Below, piece after piece: positions 26,701 to 35,800 of a stretch of DNA of 64,000 nucleotides (the stretch's first letter is position 1; each line of letters starts with the position of its first letter). The position numbers were made by a program, and so were the translations under genes. The notes beneath the pieces are model-generated. The model was not told the DNA's origin and did no database searches. It worked only from the letters and a program-made list of their open reading frames with translations. The stretch comes from Antedon mediterranea (lineage: Eukaryota > Animalia > Echinodermata): positions 16,912,795-16,976,794 of the forward strand of contig NC_092670.1 in NCBI RefSeq assembly GCF_964355755.1, written 5' to 3'.

Positions 26701-29150
26701 ATGCACTACCTAAGTAGCTCGCGGCGATCGACCTCTCGTGGACGGTCTTAGGCCTAGCCTAGCTAGGCTTAGTTTTGTAGGCCTAGCTGGTAAACATCGA
26801 TAACGTACGAACATCGTATGCTAGCTATATACCTAGCCTGACGTTGTATAGTTGCTGCATTAATTGTCTTTCTATTTTTGCCAGACTCCGTTGATACAAA
26901 TTGGGGAAAACCCGGTATTTTCGCTGAAAAGTTTGGAGTCTTCCATTTGTTTTGGCTTCACGATCGATCGAAAAGTGGGCGAATTACAGGTGAAAAACAA
27001 AAATATCAATCCGCGCGCAATGCATTTTGGGATTTATAGCGGGCCGCTATAATTATTAGAATCGATTTATTTTTCACAATTTAACCGTTTAAAGACGAAA
27101 AAAGTTATCGCAATAGGACCATATAGTATTATTTTTACATTAAATATAGTTTGTGATCTTAAATTAGATCTAAAAAACGTAGGGAATGGGGCTTTAATAG
27201 TAAAATAATGGAGATCAACAAGAAAGGTACACTAATAGCCTACAGTAGATCCAACAAATATCTCTACACAAAACAAAAATAGCTATTTTAAAGTCCCTGC
27301 GTCTGCCCTATAATATCATGGACCTAATCTAGACTACTGTAGGTTCATGGTCGTATCAAATATCCTGAATGTTCATTACTCTGATCAGATTAAGAATGAT
27401 ACCAATAAAATCATGTAAGTATAAGACACGCTTTAAAGATACAATAATGACATAATTGTCATTGTTTTAATATACCTTACCATTTCTGTTTATTATTTTG
27501 TATTGTATTGCTATGGAGGAAAATAAATGTCTTTTGAAATTGTAAATCTACATTAAATCATTAGTGTCTTTTAAATTTAATTACAGACAAGAATGGCATT
27601 AATATTGGCAGTCAGGCTTTCTAAATTACTTCAAGACTGAATACTGATTAAATCAATACAGACAGTGAGTTAGGTTTAAGATAATTCCTAAACTAAGAAT
27701 TATCCATTTATTTGGATTTAGTCTCTACTAAGCTTATTTAATACTCAATCTTGCTTATTTGTGCATAATTTTAAATTATTAATTCAACTTTTTTTATATT
27801 TAACATTTAAAACAAGAATAATTGACAGTTAAGTTTAGTTAATATATTAATAGTTAGGAATAAGAAATGATAATATGACCAACTTTAGGCCAATCACTGA
27901 TTTTAAGGTATTAAAATATGAAATAAAAATGATGACAAACACTGATTGGTGAGTCAACACATTGGTGACACATTTCAGACTTTGTTCCCTTTCAGTGAGG
28001 TAGATTAGGAAGGAAACCTCTTTTTACTAATGTACAGAAAATTAAATTAAGACAAACTGTAAACCATAAACTACTGTACTTTGTAAATGTCTTTTTTAAA
28101 GCATAAAATAGTCGGACTCCATGTATTAAATTTCATAATTCATAGCGACATGAGAAGTAATGTATATGTAATTTATCTGAGGACATTTATGCACTTGTCA
28201 ATTACTGTGTATGACCCACTATACGACCCCAGGACAGGCGCGTCATTGGTCCGATGTGTGTCATGTACGAAGACCATAAAAAGTGACTTACTGTACCTTT
28301 AGGTGACCATGAGTGACGCACCCATTTTGACACATGGTACATAAAGTGACGGACATTGACTCACAACTGTTCATTCATGGATGGGTACCCATAATTATTT
28401 GTAAATGACGCATTCATGATGCACCTCTCCCAGAGGTTGTATAGTGGATTACTTTACTTGATGATAGGGTGAAATACGCCTACTTACGGTTTACCCTACA
28501 TACTAGAGGACTAAATAATAATAATATAGCCTAGCTAGGCCTAGCCTCTAGGCCCAAAAAGTTTTTTGTTTGTTTTTTGTTTTTTATTGACTGATTTATT
28601 GATTTTATCATGGAGTAAACTCCATGATTTTATTGACAAGCTTCTTACCACACAGAAAGTACGCGTAAAAAGTAATTACTAAAAATTAAAAAGTCTAATT
28701 AAAAATAAATTAGCCTAGGGCCGCCTACTACAGACAGGCCTAATAATATAATACTCCCACATTATCTTACCGTATTTCTCTTTTTGTTTCAAGCGTAGTT
28801 GGTAAACCCTTCACTATTTTAGCCCTTTGCGAATGTGCCTCTAGCGATGTATCGGCTTGCAACTTTTGAAGTTCCAATTCGGCTGCGGCATCAAGATGCC
28901 CGCCTGCCAGTGAATTCCCATACAGATTTCTGCTACTGCTAGTGGGCCTAGCAGAACGATCCATTTTCAATGACACAGAGGCTAGAGAATTTCTAACAAG
29001 TAGCTCACTATTCGAAGCATGTATTTTACTTTCAGTTGGTGTTGTATTTCTGGTATGTAATGGTACTGAAATATTAAAAATATTGTTGGAAATGTTTATA
29101 AAACTTCAACGAAACTTCTCACAAAAGTTGCTGTCAAAATCCACTCTCAT
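11777..29150 (-). CDS. TMC7: TMC-B: transmembrane channel-like protein, TMC7-like, complete, 17 exons, about 764 aa
   Basis: Exons: 29123-29150 (tentative), 28771-29065, 22735-22804, 21395-21476, 20968-21111, 20402-20478, 19520-19674, 18762-18909, 17987-18148, 16707-16876, 16001-16121, 15401-15498 (CWETYIGQQFYKL), 14511-14618 (EFEIPKNVLAIVYSQ), 13605-13811 (GSFYSPLLP...RPYRASRS), 13193-13348 (PSRGCGPFR), 12367-12445, 11777-11971 (EGRDKHFL...stop). Sum 2295 nt, in frame. TMC family is secure; the TMC7 subfamily label is by resemblance. Confidence 0.93.
12869..13021. mobile_element. Family-B MITE
   Basis: agctcagtttacactatcaaa...tttgatagtgtagagct. Confidence 0.75.
13909..14202. mobile_element. 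Candidate solo LTR
   Basis: TG...CA ends with inverted termini TGTAGCGTGTCA / TGACAGCTACA and an internal TATA-like ttaaata; no clear TSD. Confidence 0.35.
14670..15080. mobile_element. Family-C MITE with an expanded internal 17-bp tandem repeat
   Basis: agtagaaccc...(ttaataggtgtgtcccc)n...tctcctgTA. Confidence 0.75.
15802..15976. mobile_element. Family-B MITE (reverse orientation)
   Basis: agctctgtctacacta...tttgatagtgcagacaaggct. Confidence 0.75.
16362..16665. mobile_element. Two adjacent family-B MITEs in opposite orientation
   Basis: Copies at about 16362-16523 and 16527-16665, each with ctacactatcaaact TIRs. Confidence 0.75.
18408..18548. mobile_element. Family-B MITE
   Basis: tgtctacactatcaaact...agtttgatagtgtagacagagct. 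Confidence 0.75.
19161..19398. mobile_element. Family-B MITE (19161-19281) and an internally deleted mini-copy (19345-19398)
   Basis: Same TIRs; the mini-copy is essentially two TIRs. Confidence 0.7.
21570..22720. repeat. 26-bp minisatellite, roughly 44 units, in a TMC-B intron
   Basis: Unit atccttattcatccatcataatcatc; fills most of the intron between exons 22735-22804 and 21395-21476. Confidence 0.95.
23194..23293. mobile_element. Short Helentron/HINE-like non-autonomous element
   Basis: T-rich start, hairpin agtcgc-atgcaac-gcgact, (gtcg)n-like microsatellite, end ...gaccttgtt. Confidence 0.5.
25323..25891. mobile_element. Helentron/HINE (DINE-1-like) non-autonomous element containing a tRNA-like segment
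   Basis: Terminal hairpins gtactc-cga-gagtac and acctcc-atggc-ggaggt, subterminal inverted acctccg/cggaggt, duplicated internal unit gaccttga...tttggtgagaat(t/c)ggat, (CA)n tract. Confidence 0.7.
25460..25532 (+). pseudogene. tRNA-like / SINE-head segment
   Basis: A box TGGTGTAATGG, B box GGTTCAAGTCC, followed by TTTTTT; no proper acceptor stem. Confidence 0.55.
26569..27193. mobile_element. Kolobok-like non-autonomous DNA transposon
   Basis: TTAA on both sides (26565-68, 27194-97); imperfect TIR AGACCCTTTCCCT / AGGGAATGGGGCT; CpG-rich interior. Confidence 0.7.
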
Positions 29151-30664
29151 TTAATTTATCGGCGCAAGGTGGTTTGTTTGTAATTTGTTTTTACACACTC
29201 CCCAACGCGTGGGGGCGCCATACTTGTTTTAAGGTTTATCATTCTGTACCATAGAATGAGGTATGCTGTACTGTTCTGTACACATGAAAAAACAAGGCCT
29301 ATACAATAATATATATTTTTTGATATTATAAACAACACTAAAAAATATACACGCTCATTTAAAACATCCCTTTTGAACTAAACAACGTTATTCGCAGAAA
29401 TAATATTAATAATGCTTTTTTTTCTTAATTATTTCCTCCATGTAGGGCGCGCCTTTATTTATAGAGACGTGTCAGAAATATGGAGAGAAATAAATATCAT
29501 CAATGGCCATACATTCAAATTAAACTTACATTCTTCGTTGTCTTTCAGGCACGCAGAACTTCCTCTATCAATACTTTCATTTTCGCTCATTCCGATATTG
29601 TCTATTTCTGTGGTTTATTTCCGATTTACAAAATTGAACTGTATAGTGAAAAACTTATTCAGCACGAGACGATGGCTGTGGTCACTTTTGTATGTTTGCC
29701 ATGATCACGTCATTGAATGTCATCACTACCCCGTTTGTGTTGTACAACACTCATTGTTAGCTAAAACTTACGTTGAATAGATATATTGATTTTACAACGG
29801 TCAATTGTTTGATTAACGATAAAGTTCCTTGAGACTTTATATTTAAAGAGATAAAATCAATCTGTGTTAAACTGCTGCTGCATTGTAAATTGCGAAATCA
29901 AGTTCAACATTATTAAGGGATCGACAGACAAAAGAAGAAATAAATATATAAATCATATTTCTAGTGCATGGGACTTGTATATCATTATTCACCATTATTT
30001 ATTAGGAAAAAAAACTGCCGAAAATATGAATGCATTAAAAGCTTCAAGAAACTGATTATTTACAATATTTCAATGCAAAAGAGAGAAAAAAAAAACCGTT
30101 GTTACAAATGAGAACATATTTTAAGAAGTAATTTAAATAAAAAATTTAAAAGGCCAAAATAAATCAACCTCCATAAGGCTGGTGTGAGAATTTCAGATTA
30201 AAAAATAACTATTCAAAATTAAATATAAAGGAGACCCTAGAGCAAAATTTTTGTTATTTATTTATTCCAGCTGAAAACACGCAGGCCAGCTGAAACAGGG
30301 ACCCTCTTTGAAATGATAAAATATAAACATAAAATTATATTTACCTGAATTAAACTTTTTACAATATAAAATACCATATAAAATATACATTAGGACTACA
30401 TTAAACAAATTACGATGGAATATGTTTTTCAAACTTAAATTTAAAGGAATTAATATAAGTTGATATAAGAACATAATATGTGCGATGAAAATCATTATTT
30501 TTATTCTTTTATAAGACATAAGTCAGTGTTATTGCAAACTTTAAACCTTATTTAGCAACTCAGTTGCAACTTATTTTGAATGAGATACCTTGCTGATATA
30601 AATTAGAGATAAAAAACACCAATTATTATAAAATTTAAAAGAACATAATTATTTAGAAATATTT

Positions 30665-31015
30665 TATTTTAAAGAGCGAAAAAAATTAAAGAGCGAAAAA
30701 AAAATTATCAAAACGAAATTAGGGCTATTAAGAGAAAAATAAATAAATAAATAATAAAGAGGGTGGGAAAATAATTTTGTTTTAAAACACAACAAAAAAA
30801 TGAAATTAATAAAATAAAAGAAAAGAAAAAAAATTAATACGGTAATAAGTCTAAAATATTTGTTTAAAAAAATAAAGAGCGAAAAAAAGACCGCACCAAA
30901 AACTAAATTATTAAAAGAAAAGAAAAACATAAAAATAAATAATAATAATGAGTGGAAAATATTTGTTTTAAATAAATAAATAAAGAGCGCAAAAAAAAAA
31001 CCCCAAGAAAAAACC
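30665..31015. repeat. Degenerate A-rich repeat (period roughly 100-110 bp) directly downstream of 7SL
   Basis: Recurrent aaagagcg(a/c)aaaaa at about 30671, 30688, 30874 and 30982, and aaaatatttgttt motifs. Confidence 0.55.
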
Positions 31016-31316
31016 AAAAGGGAAAGGTCTCACTATATTGTCCGGGCTGTTGAAGGCTACCTATTCACGAGCGCTATCCCACTACTGCTCCACGCGGGGA
31101 CTTTTGCCTGCTGCGTTTCCGCCCTGGGCCAGTACGTTCCTCCTTAGACAACCTGGTTGTCCAGACCTCCGCCTAGCCAACCATATCGACGCCGAGCTAA
31201 GCGTGGACGCTCGATCGCCATAGAGCAACCAACAACAGGACTCCCGAACTCAAGCCATCCTCAAACCCCGACTTCCAAAGTAGCTGGATTACAGGCGCGC
31301 GCCACAACGCCCAGTC
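31016..31316 (-). ncRNA. RN7SL: Signal recognition particle RNA (7SL), full length, about 300 nt
   Basis: Minus strand reads GACTGGGCGTTGTGGCGCGCGCCTGTAATCCAGCTACT (Alu domain)...helix 6 with GGAG loop...CCAGGGCGGAAACGCAGCAGG (helix 8, SRP54 site)...AATATAGTGAGACCTTTCCC-TTTT terminator. Confidence 0.96.
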
Positions 31317-31392
31317 GACAATCAAACGGAAATAAGCAACCACATTGTATCTAAAACAGCGCCCTCATAAATAGACAAAACGATCAACTATG

Positions 31393-31432
31393 ATTGGTTA
31401 TGACGTTTGATGACGTACTAGTTTTATGACGT
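31393..31432 (-). promoter_or_regulatory. Upstream element cluster of 7SL: CCAAT plus three TGACGT (ATF/CRE-like) motifs
   Basis: attgg at 31393; tgacgt at 31401, 31411 and 31427, i.e. about -85 to -116 from the 7SL 5' end. Confidence 0.5.
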
Positions 31433-32079
31433 AGTACTACGTAGTTCAACTAAGTACAGTACTAATAGTAATATTGATCATACTTTATTGAATGCAATAT
31501 AATAACTCATAAATACATACATTATAATACAATAATATACAATTTTCACATTTATATATCTCTTGTGTAAAATAAACAATAATAATCTTCCGAAATTTTA
31601 TCCGACATGCTTTTTTTAAAAACTCAAAACTAATATGAAATCTCAGATGGCCATTCATTTTAGAAACAATTATTTAGTTATTAAACTGAGTTAGTTAATT
31701 GTCTTGTGTCAACTGTATTGCTCCAATGATCAGATGATATTGTTGGAATAAATAAAAACAACAAAAACTTGTATAAAATCGAATTATTTATTTCATGACT
31801 TTTTTTCAAAGACAATTTACAATAAAATATGTTACCACTCAAAATCCTCCATTTAACTTCACTGCATTTGTGCCCTAATTTTAATTGGTTTTTTATCTTA
31901 TTTAAATTTATAAGACAATTAAAATTACATTTCAAAATACAATCTTTGACCCACCTCCATCATTGATCAAGACTCCAACATGAAGAATAATAATACAAAC
32001 ACATCGTAGAAATACTTACCATAGGGATTAGGCCTATCTTTATGTAAAGGGGTTACAAAATATATCAAAGGTGTAAATA

Positions 32080-32153
32080 TTACGGGGCGCCATTTGGGAC
32101 ATGAATAATTATGTTACAATTCACGTACAAATGTCCCAAATGGCGCCCCGTAA
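32080..32153. repeat. 74-bp inverted repeat with a perfect 23-bp stem
   Basis: ttacggggcgccatttgggacat ... atgtcccaaatggcgccccgtaa. Confidence 0.9.
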
Positions 32154-32816
32154 GATATAACATGAATATAAAATTACTCATTCTTGATATTTATGAATAT
32201 TAACAATCTTTCTTAATTCAATACAGAATTGCGTTTCTTTAAAAAATAAAATTTGTATTGTAGAACAAATTGCTTTGCGGAACTTTAATAAGTAGATAAA
32301 GCAGTTTAATTTATTGCCAAACAATTTAAAATAGATGAAATACAGTACCCATGATTAAAACAGTTAAAAAATAAATTGTTACATAACGATAAACCATTCA
32401 AAAAGAAACACTAAATCAGATACTAAAACAACAAGAAATGATTTTTAAAAAAGGCTCTTATAACAACCATTGGTTTAAAAAAAACCTTAAAAACAAATTG
32501 GTTAATTTATTATTGAACATTATCAGATAAGATTAAAGCTGTAGGAAATTGTGAACTATTGCAGTAAGCTATTTGGCAAGCATTGCAGGAAGGAGTATAA
32601 TATTTTATGTCATAAAAATATAAACAATATACTAATCAGAAATCATTGTTTATGTTTTGATTACAGGCCATTTAAATATTTATCACACAATGATAGCAAA
32701 ACAAAAATGTGATTAACAGCTGCGATGATTAAGAATTTTATTTTTATGAATTTGCTTTCAAATTTATGATTCTTCTTTACATTATATTCAACAACAAACA
32801 AATGTTATTCAACCAA

Positions 32817-35800
32817 TCAGAGTGTAGGTGGTGATGATATGCTTGACTGACTCTGCGTTTTCTCAACAACAGTTTCATTAGAGCTAACTTCATCGGGTGA
32901 ATCTTTAGTCTTGCGATTACGGCTACGTCTTCCTCCACCTCGTTTTCCTTGCCCCCTGTAACTGTAATATTGCGGATTGGTGTGTACTGTTGAGTCACTG
33001 GTCGATGGTCCGGACCCTTGACCGCGGGCAGTCTGGTGATGGTGGTTATGGTAACCACGTCCTCGCCCTGATTTTTGTTTCTGCTTTTGTTCCGTTGGTG
33101 GAATATGTGGGAACACTTTGACTATTCTACCAACTGCTTTGGTCTTTCCTTCCCTAGAAAACAAAAAGATTTTTTTATAGTTTCTTTCACGTAACTTGAT
33201 GTTTCCATTTCAAAGGAATACTGTTTCGAATACAAGAAATATATTGAACTATTTTATAAAAAACTAAACTTACCTAAACACCATTCTGGTATCTTCATGA
33301 ATGTATTCTGGATTCTTAATGAATCTGAAATGAACGATAGCTTTGTCTCCAGTCCTCAAGTGTTCCCTGTTCATGTAAATGATTGACGCTGTCTGACGTA
33401 TACTACCGCAATGAACTAGAAAATAGTAAATGCACATATGTATTTATTTTTGTTTATTGTGAACTTTATTCAATCAATCATAATATTTAGATATTATATA
33501 TATATTATATAAGTCATAATAATAACGTGTATAGTACAGTGATTTTTACAAAAAAATCATAAAACATAAACAGTGATTATTTACAATGATGATAATAATA
33601 ATAAATATAGAATAATGATTATTTATAAGTCCAATAAACAATAAAAAATAAGACTGACTTTTAATAGTAGAATTGTAGTAATACAGAATTTAAATAATAA
33701 AATACTGAATTTTATAATATGCTGGTCTTCATACTTCTTTATAGCTTTTATAGGAAATAATCTGCCTAATATTTTTAAATTCTTACTTACCCATAGCTTG
33801 ATATCTTGCACTGATAGTAGTTGGGTGATGTAAGACAAGAATTTCACCCTCAAATTCCCAGCATGCTTCAGGTTTTGTTTGCGGAGATATCATCACCATT
33901 CCTTTACGTACATGAGAACGTTTAATTTGCTGTTGAGAAATTACAAAATGGATTATTATCATCATCATAATAATACCAAAAAGTTAAATGAAAACAAATC
34001 TACCATTTTAAATAAATAACTTAAATCCAAAGGCAGATTACTGAAAAATGACAATGCTGTGGGTATCAGTGGCTGGATCTCAATGGAGATACAAAATGAC
34101 AATGCTGTGGGTATCAGTGGCTGGATCTCAATGGAGATACAAAATGACAATGCTGTGGGTATCAGTGGCTGGATCTCAATAGAGATACAAAATGACAATG
34201 CTGTGGGTATCAGTGGCTGGATCTCAATAGAGATACAAAATGACAATGCTGTGGGTATCAGTGGCTGGATCTCAATGGAGATACAAAATGACAATGCTGT
34301 GGGTATCAGTGGCTGGATCTCAATGGAGATACCAAATAAAATAAGCAAAAGCTAAATAAAAATGATATAGTAAAACAGACAAAAACATTAACACTAACTA
34401 ACACTAGCCCTTCATCAGTGAAAGTGTGAGTACTTGGACAAAATTGAGAAGATAAAGCAGACAAGAATAACTCAATATACTATACAAACAACTTACCTTT
34501 TTCAAAGCAAAAGAAGCAGTTTGTCCAGCCTTCACTACTTTAACAGGCATTCTTTTTCGGTGGATGCTTTTAACGATAACAGACTGAAACTGTCCGAGTG
34601 GATCAGGACCTAACAGTAATGTGTCATTCACTCGTATGACACCTTTCAAGGTTGTCCCTGAAACCACTGTACCAACACCCTGAAATTAATATATGACAAT
34701 ATTATGGTGTATATACTCTGTACACAAATTAATATATGACAATATTATGGTATACTCTGTACACAAATTAATATATGACAATATTATGGTGTATATACTC
34801 TGTACACAAATTAATATATGACAATATTATGGTATACTCTGTACACAAATTAATATATGACAATATTATGGTGTATATACTCTGTACACAAATTAATATA
34901 CAAATTAATATATGACAATATTATGGTGTATATACTCTGTACACAAATTAATATACAAATTAATATATGACAATATTATGGTGTATATACTCTGTACACA
35001 AATTAATATATGACAATATTATGGTATACTCTGTACACAAATTAATATATGACAATATTATGGTGTATATACTCTGTACACAAATTAATATATGACAATA
35101 TTATGGTGTATATACTCTGTACACAAATTAATATATGACAATATTATGGTGTATATACTCTGTACACAAATTAATATATGACAATATTATGGTGTATATA
35201 CTCTGTACACAAATTAATATCGAAACGTCGTTCTCTTTTAAGCGTTATTTTTATATTATGTATTTACAATAAACGTACTCTCATTCACAAATTAATATAT
35301 GACAATATTATGGTGTATATACTCTGTACACAAATTAATATATGACAATATTATGGTGTATATACTCTGTACACAAATTAATATATGACAATATTATGGT
35401 GTATATACTCTGTACACAAATTAATATATGACAATATTATGGTGTATATACTCTGTACACAAATTAATATATGACAATATTATGGTGTATATACTCTGTA
35501 CACAAATTAATATATGACAATATTATGGTGTATATACTCTGTACACAAATTAATATATGACAATATTATGGTGTATATACTCTGTACACAAATTAATATA
35601 TGACAATATTATGGTGTATATACTCTGTACACAAATTAATATATGACAATATTATGGTGTATATACTCTGTACACAAATTAATATATGACAATATTATGG
35701 TGTATATACTCTGTACACAAATTAATATATGACAATATTATGGTGTATATACTCTGTACACAAATTATCATTATCATCTAAATATACAGTAGAACCCTTT

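Noticed and set aside
29106-29108. In-frame TGA as possible selenocysteine or readthrough codon in TMC-B
   Set aside because: No SECIS recognised in the 3' region; a phase-compatible intron explains it more simply.
30664-31017. 117-aa Phe-rich ORF resembling a membrane protein
   Set aside because: Artefact of T-tracts downstream of 7SL.
31038-31354. ORFs 31038-31223 and 31157-31354, and Alu-like similarity suggesting primate contamination
   Set aside because: Antisense translations of the 7SL gene; the S domain is present and the sequence is diverged from human, so it is not an Alu.
33965-34355. Repeat-protein ORFs on both strands ([16 protein letters not shown] / [16 protein letters not shown])
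   Set aside because: Produced by a 48-bp (3n) minisatellite inside a GTPBP1 intron.
34683-35766. CRISPR-like appearance of regularly spaced repeats (also 21570-22720 and 34044-34332)
   Set aside because: Units are contiguous with no unique spacers, there are no cas genes, and the context is eukaryotic intron.
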